Positions 1 through 12,100 of a stretch of DNA of 64,000 nucleotides are shown one piece after another. The stretch covers positions 46,258,401-46,322,400 of the forward strand of contig CM120641.1 of assembly GCA_051362555.1 (NCBI GenBank), read 5' to 3'. Source of the DNA: Lingula anatina (Eukaryota; Animalia; Brachiopoda). The position numbers were made by a program, and so were the translations under genes. Below the pieces are notes generated by a model. The model was not told the origin of the DNA. It ran no database searches and saw only the letters and a program-made list of their open reading frames with translations. How positions within the stretch are numbered: position 1 is the first letter of the stretch; the number at the start of each line of letters is the position of its first letter.

Positions 1-257
1 GATATGTGAGATAAGTGATCTTTCCAAACTATGTTTGCAGTGCTTTCCCTCTGGTTAAAAAAAAAAAGACAGGTTTTAAGAAAAAAAATTAAATTACTTC
101 CAGTGACATTCATCAGAGCAGTTCTGAAAAGACGTGTTGCTTTAGCAAAAGTAAAAAAAACAACAACTCAATATCAGATCAGTTTTTCAATTCAATATTT
201 AATCATGTATATGTAGACAATGTAGTATTTACAGATCCCCTAATATCTATATCCAAG

Positions 258-1745
258 CTAGCTATCCGAACCATTTTCTGTATATGATTCAGGTAATTTA
301 TATCCAACTAGATTTGCTGTAGATTCAGTGCTTCTTTCTCCGTGTCCTTTGAATTCCTCTCTTAGTTCCTACAAAATAAAAAAATAAAAACACTTTAGTC
401 ATTACATGCCTCTCTGTTGAAATATTTTGCTACACCCAAAATTGGCTAGAGAAAATGAAACACAGTATCTATTCATGTTGGTGTAAAGTAAGCTATATGG
501 ATTTTTTAAAATCTGTTATTTTTATAAATATTGCCATAGAGGTCTCTTTGACCTAAATAATGAAATCAAAATAAAGAATTTGTAATGAATGTATGACCAC
601 AGATATGAAAATTTAATTTCTTCTGAATCATTATTTATTGTTAAAATATAAATTTAGTACCTGAACTTTCCAACAAATAACAGACTGCTGTACATTGCTG
701 TATAATTGGGAAAGAATAATTAAAAACATAACCCAGTTTCTGAATTTTCCAACAAATACAAAAAATTACTGTATTAAAAATTCATAAAGTATCTAAATTA
801 TCTTTCAATCAACAAACTAGTGTAGAGTGTGTATGTGTACATGTGTACACACAAATTAAGTAAGTCTACAAGAACTTTACCTTACATTCTCTTGTACTTT
901 TCAAAAGACAGAGGTATGTTTCAGCAAGATGATTCATAGCTCCATCCCCCTTACAGTACGTATTACTGGTTAACTGGTGTTGTCTGTACTGGTCCAACAC
1001 ATAGGAATATACTGGAGTGGTTCTTAGTTTGCTCTGGGAATAATAATAATAATAATAATAACAAGCCCACAGGCAGCAATCTCAGAGGGGGGGGGGGGGT
1101 GTCATTTTCTGAAAAAGTGGACCTTTTAACGTAAAATCCTTAAGTACATAGATCAAATTTTAGATAAAATCAGAGTGGACCTTTTCCCAGCAAAAAAGGG
1201 TGGTTCTTTCAAACCCCCTGGCTACGGGCCTGAATAATAATAATAATAATAATTTATACATAAAAGTATAAAATGAAAATTGGTATAATCTGGCATATGA
1301 TCTGTTGATAAAATTAAACACAATAGAATAATTACAAAATTCATTTTTCTCATTAAAAATAATTAAGCTTGTAAATGTTAATAATGTTACCGTCATTCAT
1401 TTCCATAAACGTTAACAAGTATAAATGTAAATATTATTCATAAACTGAGATGACCGAGCTGCATTTTGGTCTATCACTGAAACAACAAGAAATACTTGAA
1501 ACCACACTGGTTTGATTTTAGACTCTAGTTTTAGTAAAACCAAGGAAGGAGTTATAACTCCTTGGTAAAACTCAGTGCTTTCTCAGAAAGTTTATGTTTG
1601 CAATAGGTTAAGTATTCAATGTGCTGTATGATTTTTGAATACACTGTCATACTAATGATCTTCTTACTTTTGGTGTCATCAGCTTTAGTTCGTGGAGTAA
1701 TCCTCGCAAAACGGAGAGAGTGCGAGCTCTCGTGGGAGCTGCCAT
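258..1745 (-). CDS. FMC1: FMC1 / C7orf55 homolog (mitochondrial complex V assembly factor), 3 coding exons: 1745-1668, 1033-881, 368-258
   Basis: The spliced translation MAAPTRARTLSVLRGLLHELKLMTPK|SKLRTTPVYSYVLDQYRQHQLTSNTYCKGDGAMNHLAETYLCLLKSTRECK|ELREEFKGHGERSTESTANLVGYKLPESYTENGSDS* matches recalled FMC1 motifs (RGLLREL, ATYLCLL.S.R, G.GERS.E..A.LVG.KLP). Both introns are phase-0 GT-AG. The gene is absent from the ORF track. Confidence 0.93.
1062..1232 (-). repeat. Short degenerate interspersed repeat (probable DNA-transposon remnant) inserted in an (AAT)n microsatellite in FMC1 intron 1
   Basis: GC-rich segment that reads CAGGCCCGTAGCCAGGGGG on the minus strand, contains a poly-G tract, and is flanked on both sides by (AAT)n runs. 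A similar start (CAGACCCGTAG) occurs near 36866. Confidence 0.4.
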
Positions 1746-1802
1746 TTTGCAGTGTTCACTTCTCGCGAGACTGGAATAGTGCACGAGAATTGTGAAAATG
1801 GC
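1741..1802. promoter_or_regulatory. Ultra-compact bidirectional promoter between FMC1 and IGBP1 with a TCTCGCGAGA palindrome (1761-1770) and AAAATGGC (YY1/TISU-like) start contexts
   Basis: Divergent ATGs at 1745(-) and 1798(+). The perfect palindrome TCTCGCGAGA lies between them, and both ATGs are in AAAATGGCA context. Confidence 0.7.
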
Positions 1803-4800
1803 ACAAGCAGTGGACGAAAACACACATGGATCTCAGACAGAATCAGAACAGCGTCTTCCAGACGTCTTTGATGACATTTGGAAGTTATATGAATCTGTGG
1901 ATAATACCCAAGAATCTACTAGTTCCATGGTCATCCAAGTAAGACACCAAGATCTTAAAAGTACACCTGAATAATCAGACCACTTTCAACTTGCACTGTG
2001 AAAATCTTGACTTCTTTCTAAAAACTGAATTAATTGTAGATAAAATATCTATCAGTGTGAGACATGACCATATCCATGTACCTGTTTCTTCCATGTCTAT
2101 TTGACAAGACATCATGTGTTTTATATTACCAGGGCAAGGTAAAGGAAGGCATTGGTTTATGTGAAAAAGCTATACTGATGATTAACCAGCTCAGTCTCTT
2201 CAGTGAGAACGAGGAACTCCAAGAAGTTGCAACACAAGACATAAAGTAAGGAATTAAAAAAATCTGTTTTTTTGTATAGTGGATAAATCTATAAAACAGT
2301 CTGTATTTTAAAATCGATCAAAAATTGTTAACTACAGTTTCGTTGTTTTAGCCTTTGGTAGAGACAAAGTCAATAATAAGTCTTATGACATACATGTACT
2401 GTACATTGTACTGTACCATAAGGGTGTGAGCACAGCCTTTTTACAAAGATAAAAAAGATTTTTGGTGATCAAATCTTTCGGAATATCCATTTTAAATATT
2501 TTATGTTGTTAATATAATTCAAAGAAAACGTCATATCTTTATATGGGTAATGGGATGCATTGTGAAAGGCAAGATGGAGACCTACAAATTATCCATGTGA
2601 TGGTAAAGAATTAACATTTAGAACTAAAAGATTGGTTTATAATTGCAATTATTTCAGTCATTTTGGATAGGGTAAACTATAGTTTGATGATGATTAAAAA
2701 ATCGATGAAATTTTCAGTGACATTGGTTCATTGCATATAAATATACGTGTACCTTAAAGTGTAATTGATGTGGTCTTTCTTTCTCAACAGATATTTAGTA
2801 GTTCCAGCAATATTAGCCTACTTTACAAATCTTCAGACCAAAGGAGACAGACAAGAAATTGTGGCAAAGGCTCAGGTAAGGAAAATCTCAGCCAGGGAAA
2901 AAGTACCCCCCCCCCCCCCCCCCCCCCAATGACTCTTCCATTTTCAATATCATTGTACCACCAGCGTTAGCGCTGGCGGTACACATGGTTTTAGTCCCGT
3001 CCGGTCCGTTCCGCCGGCTCCGCCGCCATGTTACCGTTACCGCTTCTCCTCCTAGACGGTAAGGGCCCCCATACCCATCTCTTGGATTTAGGTCACCTAT
3101 AATCTCAACTCGTTCCACGTAAAATTTGGGCTTTGTCGGTATTGGGGTCTAGGTGTGGCACTCATTGCAATGCACCCTTGTCCAAAAATGGCAAAATTAA
3201 ATGCTAATTATCTACCCTACGGAAGGAATTATGGGAAAAATTTCTACAGACGGCTTTCCAAAAGTCATATGTGTAGATTTCAAATATGCCCTTGGATTTG
3301 ACCTTTGACCTTTATTTCAAGGTCAAACGGGCAAAAATTTTCAAAAAAATGAATTTTTTTAGGAAAAAAAATTTATTTGCGCTGTTATTCAGACACCACA
3401 CAGACTTAACCAATAATATTATTGGAAAATGTTACCCTTCAGGTCATCTTTCATCTGTGTGAATTTGGGGTCAATCGGTGCATTTTCACGGGTGTAGCGG
3501 CCATAAGATACCGAAACTGAAAACTGTCTCTAATTCGGGAACCGTTAATGCTAGAGACCCATTCTTTTTTGCATTTTGTAGAGCATGTAAAGCCCAACAC
3601 TGGGGGTGGTCTCCGTTTTTTTGTATTCCATACGGTTTTCGAGTTACGCTGTATCAAAAAGTACATATTGGTGGTGAAAGCAAAATGTGCAGTACGGTAA
3701 TGGATAATAAATTTTGAACTCTGGAAAAATAAAACATAAGGCTTGGCAAAGCAGACAACTTGTGGTCAAAAATGACATTATTTCATCAAATTTGAACTTC
3801 TGGAACTTCAGAGCACCTCCCATTTCAAGAATTTTTACCAAAATGACCTTTTCTTTATTTTAATTAATTTTTTCTGTAGGAAATTTATGGCACATTAAGG
3901 TAACTCCGAAATTATAACATTGAGTCCCTTATATCTCCACAACTGGCAGAGATAGGTCCATAGTTACTATTGAAGTTGAATAGGAAGTCATATACTGGCA
4001 ATCTTAATGTGACCTTAAAATTGACCTTTGACCTACTTTTCACCATAAATTGAACTTTGCAAATTTTGCTTCCCTTTTATCTCCAAAACTGGCAGAGATA
4101 GGTCCATAGTTACTATTGAAGTTGAATAGGAAGTCATATACTGGCAATCTTAATGTGACCTTAAAATTGACCTTTGACCTACTTTTCACCATGAACTGAA
4201 CTTTGCAAATTTTGCCTCCCTTTTATCTCCAAAACTGGCAGAGATAGGTCCATAGTTACTATTGAACTTGAATATGAAGTCATATACTGGCAATCTAAAT
4301 GTGACCTTGAAATGACCTTTGACCTACTTTTTATCATGAATTGAACTTTGCAAATTTTGGTTCCCTTTTATCTCCAAAACTGGCAGAGATAAATCCATAG
4401 TTACTATTGAACTTGAATAGGAAGTCATATACTGGCAATCTTACTGTGACCTTGAAATTGACCTTTGACCTACTTTTCATCATGAACTGAACTTTGCAAA
4501 TTTTGCTTCCCTTTTATCTCCAAAGTTACGCTGTATCAAAAAGTACATTTTGGTGGTTAAAGCAAAATGTGCAGTACGGTTATGGATAATAAATTTTGAA
4601 CTCCGGAAAAATAAAACATAAGGCTTGACAAAGCAGGCAACTTGTGGTCGAAAATGACATTATTTCATCAAATTTGAACATCTGGAACTTCAGAGCACCT
4701 CCCATTTCAAGAATTTTTACCAAAATGACCTTTTCTTTATTTTCATTAATTTTTTCTGTAGGAAATTTATGGCACATTATGGTAACTCCAAAATTATAAC

Positions 4801-7800
4801 ATTTAGTCCCTTATATCTCCAAAACTGGCAGAGATAAGTCCATAGTTACTATTGAAGTTGAATAGGAAGTCATGTACTGGCAATCTTACTGTGACCTTGA
4901 AATTGACCTTTGACCTACTTTTCACCATGAACTGAACTTTGCAAATTTTGCCTCCCTTTTATCTCCAAAACTGGCAGAGATAGGTCCATACTTTCTATTG
5001 AACTTGAATATGAAGTCATATACTGGCAATCTAAATGTGACCTTAAAATTGACCTTTGACCTACTTTTTATCATGAACTGAACTTTGCAAATTTTGGTTC
5101 CCTTTTATCTCCAAAACTGGCAGAGATAGGTCCATAGTTACTATTGAACTTGAGTAGGAAGTCATATACTGGCAATCTTTCTGTGACCTTGAAATTGACC
5201 TTTGACCTACTTATAATCATGAACTGAACTCTGCTAATCTCTTTCCCTTTTAACTCCAAACCTGGCAGAGATAGGTCCATAGTTACTATTGAAGTTGAAT
5301 AGGAAGTCATATACTGGCAATTTACTGTGACCTTGAAATTGACCTTTGACCTACCTTACGATGAACTTAACTTTGATTGTACCATTTTAAGTTATATATA
5401 TTTTTTGCATATTTTGAAAATTCTTGTTGATTGCATTTTTATAGCTTGTCAAGCATAAGACTGGTGGCTGTGTCCCTTATTTTGTGTATGTGGGGGTCTA
5501 TACGAATGCGCTTGCTCCAGCTGGTGGTACAATATTCGGAGGCGGTATCGCCTCTCTGATCCTCTAGTTTTTAAGTGAATTTGTATTTTTTCTTTGAGCA
5601 ATACCTCTTCTATTCAAATAAATTAGATTGGCAGTATTTGACTTTGTTAGCAATGTTTTGCATGAAACTTTATGCCATCCAAATATCATGAGAGCCAAGG
5701 TCATTGCTGGGGTGAACGTTTGCATTGGTCAAAAAGTTTGAACATTTAAAAATAAAGATTAAAAAACTAGTTAGTAAATTTTCATACTTATTTATTTGAG
5801 TAGCAAAGACATTGGTTAAAGTCACCACACGACTTAATTTTGTTTAACATAATATTTTAGAGTTACAGGGTGGGGGGAATTGCTGCAAAAATACCTAACT
5901 ATGTTTCTTCTGAAAATTTACAAGAATGTTTGAAGTCCACCCTTAATTCTGGAGTGATCTCCCCCTCCCTCACCCCATAAGATTAAGAAGCCTTTTATAT
6001 TTTTATGAACCTGTTATTATAATATGCTGATTGCTTCTAGTTGGCTGTATATTATTAAAATCTGTGAATGTTATGATTTGGCATAAACTTGTACTTGATA
6101 TTTACCTTTTAATTCAACTTCAGACATATTATAAAGACTTTATGAGACTGTGCAAGTTATATGGGGTGACAGATGTAGATGTCTCGGACAAAGACAGAGA
6201 AGAAAACCAAGAAAACACAAGGCCTCAACATCCCCCAGGAGCTAGAGGGTAAGGATTTCATGGTGAAATATTCAATGTTAAAACTAATTATACAACAAGA
6301 GTGGCCTCATGTTTCCATAAGCATATTGGTCAGTGACTGAAATAATGTGTACAATAATAATAATATTTAACTACAGATAGAGTGGCAGTTCCCTGCAGTA
6401 TTTAGAATATTTTGGCTTCTGAATGTGCTTCATTTATATAAGAAACATTTATTTATTTTATAAGTCAAATAAAACATTCTGAAAAAAAAAAAAAAACCCA
6501 AAATAAAAAATAAAAACAATAGTAACATGTACTAGTTGTGCAATTTTCATGTTTTTTACATTCAGTATTCCACCAGACCTGATTGGCATGGCAAGGTCAC
6601 GACAGAGTAAAATTGAAAGATTTAAAAAACAAAAAGCAACGGAAAGTAAACTGAAAGAATTATATGAAAAAGTAAAGGAGCCACACATTGATGATGAAGT
6701 CAAGGTAGTAATTTTTAAAAAGAGAGAAAATGATTTTTGAATATTTTAAAGTTGTATATTTGTAAAGATTTTTATATCAACAACAAAGTTTTTTTTCTTT
6801 TTTCAGAAAAAGTAAAGTAGCCTAGGTGTCTTTTCTGCACGGATCACGTCAAAGTCGCAAACAGTTTTTATAATTATTATTGATCAGTATTTCTAGTTAA
6901 TTGCATTAACATTTCCATGTCAATTATTTTTCTATATAACTAAATATTTTTACATAATATCCATTCCAGAGGGAGTATTATACAACACTATTGAACAAAT
7001 GGGTCAACTCAAGCTTGGATGAACTAGACAGTATAGAAAGTAACAGTTATATTTTAATATGGCATTTATAGTTAAGTAGATCCTGACTGAACTTGATTCC
7101 TTGTTTTATTGTGGTAATAGATATAAGCATTAGGATGAAGTGTTTTTGAGGATTATTATTTATCATTTAAAAATGTAAATTTAGATAAACTTTGAATAAA
7201 TTAGTTGTTCTGTCTCCAGCATAAATATAATCTGAAATGTAAACAGGAAACCCAACTGTTAATTTTTTAACTGTCTGTCTTAATATGCTGTGCAGTTTCA
7301 CATATTATAACACTTGTACAATGTGGTAGAAGTGCTTTTGAGTACTGTCAATAAATATAATCATTAGAGTATAACTTACAACTTGAAAGATGTGTTGTTA
7401 ATTGAAGGCATCAAATATATTTTATTGCTTATATTTTCAGTGGAACTTACCCTCTTAGCAGGGAGATCTAAAATGGGAGGAAGAGAGGAATCGGGAGAAA
7501 TGTCAAAGGAAACCAAAAAAACACAGCAAAAACAGGTAACGTAATGGTGTACTCTTAAAGACGTGACTTTGATAGAAAGATAAGGCAACCAAGATATCTA
7601 AGGCAAATTTTGTTTCTTTCAGTTAAAGCTGCTTTTCTGGACATACAGAAGATATTAAAGTATATTTACTTAATAATTGCTATTTAAGTGTAAAATGAAA
7701 TTCTGTTGTTCAAACAAAAGTTTGTTGTTTTGATATAAGTTGGTGATAACTTCTGTCATTTTAGAATAATCAAATTGTCATTTCCCCCTCCTTTTTGGAT

Positions 7801-8658
7801 AGTCTTTTAGGCCTTTTATCATCACAAAGAATGATCTGCAGAAAAAAGTGTTTGGTATGGGTTATCCAGGGGTCCCCACGTACACTCTAGATGAGTTTTA
7901 TGAGCAGACATATAAGAATCTCCAACCAGAGCAGCAATCAGGGTGAGGGTTTATCATTGTTTTGTTACCTCACTCTTACATTAATTATGTTTGGAAAGAT
8001 TTTTTTCTTTGGTTGTGATTGCAGCGGGCAGTAGTATTATGGTATACATTTTAGTTGGCCATTTATGTACATGTCATCTAAAAATGAATAAATTAAAAAC
8101 CCAGCTTAGGTATGTTTATCTAACACTTTTTCCTTCTTGTGTGATTAAATGCGAATAAAAATTTATTTTATATTTTATATGTAAGTCCAAGCATGCAGGA
8201 CATGGCTAATGATCCAGAGCTTGCTGCAACTGCAGACGAACAAGCAGCTATTGAAAAAGAAAGGAAAGAAGAGATGGATGACCCTGAAGAATTAGCTAAA
8301 GCAAGAAACTGGGACGCTTGGAAAGATGGTATTTACATATTTATTATGAGAACGTCACTGTGCTAAATATGGATGGCATTAATTTAGCCAAGAATGTAGC
8401 TAATTTAGCCAAATCAAACATTTTTCACTACATCCAGGCTCCATGTAGTAGGAGATGATGAAGATAGCTGTATTACATTACATTAACTTAAATAATCTAA
8501 TATTTTAATTTTTTTTTTATGTAATGGAATAGTCTTATATGTAATTGGAATACTCTTATATGTGATTATCATGGCTGTGTTTTAAAAGTTACCAAAATAC
8601 ATTTTAATATGTTTTAGACCACAGAAGAGGAGAAGGGAACACCACAAATATGGGTTAA
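1798..8658 (+). CDS. IGBP1: Immunoglobulin-binding protein 1 / alpha4 / TAP42 family PP2A regulator, 10 exons: 1798-1938, 2133-2245, 2791-2875, 6124-6248, 6566-6704, 6970-7039, 7441-7535, 7803-7942, 8186-8328, 8618-8658
   Basis: Exon phases are all consistent. TAP42 motifs LSLFSENEELQEVATQDIKYL, RQSKIERFK, KKVFGMGYPGVPTYTLDEFY, ARNWDAWKD and C-terminal HRRGEGNTTNMG* are present. Confidence 0.95.
2950..5567 (+). mobile_element. Non-autonomous Helitron/Helentron-like (HINE-type) element in IGBP1 intron 3
   Basis: A|TC...CTAG|T termini. The 5' subterminal ATTGTACCACCAGC has an adjacent partial inverted copy (GCTGGCGGTACA), followed by a GTCC/CCGT-type microsatellite. The 3' end has the inverted copy GCTGGTGGTACAAT (~5520-5533) and a hairpin GAGGCGGTATCGCCTC ahead of CTAG. 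Internal tandem repeats are present; there is no transposase ORF. Confidence 0.8.
3643..5375. repeat. Higher-order tandem array: two ~882-bp blocks, each a ~290-bp segment plus about four 146-bp monomers
   Basis: The monomer start ATCTCC(A)AAACTGGCAGAGATAGG recurs at 3933, 4079, 4225, 4370, (4516), 4815, 4961, 5107 and ~5252. The segment GTTACGCTGTATCAAAAAGTACAT recurs at 3643 and 4525. Confidence 0.92.
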
Positions 8659-11600
8659 TGCTCATCAGTAGAAGGTCTTCAGTATACAGAGAAAGGCAAA
8701 CGATTCCAAAACCATTCTCAGACTACATTTAATATATTCGCAGCAGCTGATTTTTCCATTGGCTTGTCTGGTGCTGAAAATTGCCGACTTGTATATTTGC
8801 CTTCGATGCCATAATTTTCGAAACAGAACTTTATACAGGCCATATTCAAAATTGACATTTTTAAGAAATCAAGATTCTCCTGATGTTGTTGCATGTCATT
8901 CTTTAACCATTCATGTTGAAGTTTATTTGCACCCGAGGCGATTTCTCAGAGTACAATCATTTAGTTGCACAAATTGAACTGATCTCTCTGATATTGCATA
9001 TAGTATCATACCATCTAAATGTACCAAGTGAGCTTGTCTGGAGTTAGTCATTTCAGGGATGAGACCAGTCCTCACTGAAATAGTAGGAAAATTGGCTGGG
9101 GCCAGGGTACATGATTCAAAAGAATGATCCAAATGACCCTGAAAAAGTCGAAATTCCGACAAAAGTCCGAAAAATGTCTCATCAGTGTTGATTGTATGTA
9201 AATGGCCTTTTCAGCACAAAATGATTGTAGACAAGTGATTTTTCTTTTCCTGTCATATTTAGTCAGCTTCGTGATGAAAAACCAACTAAGAAGTGACATT
9301 TCTTCTTATACATATTCAATAAATTGAACAATCAAAATGCTGTTATCATATACTTCATATTACACTTTATTATTTTATATTTTATAAGTAATATGTTACA
9401 GTTTACAGAAAATGACTCCTCATTTCTTTCATACATAATAATAATAATAGTAACAAATAACATAAGGTTCAGATACATTCAAAAATTCATTCAGTCCATT
9501 TCAACAACTTAGATGACTGCAGTTTTGTTCTCAATTGACATTTTAAGAAAAATAATGTGAAAAATACAACAAATATTGCTAGTTGTAAAACTAATGAAAA
9601 GCATCAGGTCGATCTAAAAAGTTCTAAAGCAGATAAATACTGGGACTGCATGCCTTTTCTTATTATGTTAAATTTAAGGGATATATAAACCAGATCAGGT
9701 CTTGCTACAATTTTACAAAGTGAGATTCTTCCATCTAATGAAAAAGTCCTGAAAGGAAACGTACAATTATAAGAGTTATCATACTGTTTTAACTGGTATA
9801 AACATCCATTCATACAAAAAAAAAAAGAAAAAATTGCAATGATTTTTGAAGAAAAATTTTGGAAAATAATGTCCAATTTTACAAAGGTGAAATAACACTA
9901 GAATGGTAGGATTCTGTATTGCTGACCTATTTACAATTTTTAAAAAATGTCCTCTAACCCATATAATATCATTTAATATGATAGGACTTCATGTGAGATT
10001 ACTGTAACTGTCCAAAAATTTGCTGGTAGAACTAACTCGAGTTGAAAATAATATTCTTGTGAGAACACTTTTGGATTCAACACTTACAACTATGGAACAA
10101 ATTTAACTAAAGGGAGTGGTTATTTTCTACAAAACATATAAAGGATATATATAAAAATATAAAAAATAAGTATGTTTCAAAATCTCCAGATGCTCATCAC
10201 TGCAAGTTTACTCTGAAGAAGGTTATTATTGCAGCATGTCTGGCAAGTTTTAGGCTTATGTATTTCTTTATGTTGTTGACTGAAAAGAAAACTTGCCCAA
10301 ATGTTCAACAACTTGCAATGCCTTTACTCAGCCGAAAGCAATTTTCTTTACTCCCAGATACATGGCAAACTGCCATCTTTCTTAGCATGTCCCCTCCTCC
10401 CCCCTCTTATTATATATTGCACCAGCAAATAAGAAAGGAAAAAAACTACAGAAGGACCCTTAAACCCCCAAATCTGGCAATACTTTGTTCTGGGCACCCT
10501 CACTTCATACATTTATATGATCAAAATTTACAAAGTTAATGTTGAGCTCATTAATAAAAACTAATGTCAGTTAGTCAGTTAGAAGAGTTACCCTCTTCTA
10601 TAGCACCATTTTTATATGCAAATTGAGTTGCCCAAATCCAGGACTGTCAAACACACACACACAAACAAAACACTAACGCTATCTATAATTTCCTCAGTAA
10701 CAAGTAAGTGCACTGCATTTCTTGTTGATGTCTAGACCGATTTCTGTACACCCTCTATATAATTAAAACATTTGAACTGACAGGGAGAACATCTGTGACA
10801 TTTCAACAGGTGGGGTTCCAACTGATACTCCAATAGTGCTTCTTCAAACTAATTCTCCCACCTTTGACAAAAAATGACAAATTAATTATTTATGTTACTA
10901 CAGATCACATCCTCTTAAAAATAATGATATAAATAAAATCTAAAAATTAAAGCATTCTAACAATAGTACTGGTACTAAACATTGTAAGAAAATGAAGATG
11001 CCATTTCTTTTTGGTGGGAGAGGTGCATTTTAGGCAGTAAATAAATACCCCATTCAATAAACAGTGTTCTGAAGTTTCTTCTCACCCTTGCATAGAAAAT
11101 GGCCATAAGATATAACTGGCAAAACTAGTGAATAATAAAATCCTAATCTACAGTGATGCTAGCATGTTAATCTCATTGTCATACTGATTTCCATTATTAT
11201 CTATTATATACATATATTTATATGTATATGTATATATCTGTGTCATCTCTGTTCTTCTTGAAATAAGTGGAGAACAGCACTTGTCTATTTACATGCACAT
11301 GCTTTTGTCTTTAAAGTGCAAAGAATACACACTTTTCATAACGCTTCAGTCATATCATACAAAGGTTGATACAATCTCATCAACCACTGCTATATTATTC
11401 ATTCACTCATACTCAGCACGGAATCCATATATTGGCTAATATACTGCTTCAGTCCTTCTGACACTTATCTCAAGTTAAAATACTGAAGGAACTTCTTTCA
11501 TAATAATGATAATAAATTACTTCAATCTTTACATGGTACCTGGACTGTAGAAGGTGATGTCTCAAAACAATGGACAAACCATCTAGTTGCTTGTAAAGGC

Positions 11601-12100
11601 AGCTTATGTTAATCTCATTACAAGGTGAAACAATGCATCTCAACAGAAACAAATTTTCTATCAAACAGAAACTACCAAAAATGCTGCCAGTGAAATGAAG
11701 GTAATCATTTACAGAAACATCCTAAAAAGTTGATTATAGAAAATGTAATATATGCAGGTTTAATACTGTCGAATCTTTTATAATTATAACTATTATCATT
11801 TGTTTATATAAACAACCACAAAGAAATGTTTGATCAGCAGGTTATAAAATAGAAAGCAATCTAACTTGACAAATGCTCAGATGCAAATTGTGACTATTTA
11901 CATAAATACTTCTTAATATTATGCTTAAATTCTGAGCATTAAATAATCATTAGTCAAACTAGAAAAGATCTAGTTAACATACATATCCATAAACAAACTA
12001 ATATATCTATATGTATGTACATATACATTTTCTATGCATGCATCTGCCCGATCTTTAAACTACTTGGTTCTATGTACATTATTGGACTAGTGGTTGCTTC

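Noticed and set aside
2888-5310. Short ORFs inside the Helitron-like element, including the duplicated MVKILEMGGALKFQ ORFs
   Set aside because: They are by-products of the repeat duplication, with no Rep, helicase or transposase motifs.
3933-5375. Regularly spaced repeats considered as a CRISPR-like array (the 55405-55898 array was also considered)
   Set aside because: The units are contiguous near-identical monomers without unique spacers, in a eukaryotic intron, with no cas genes.
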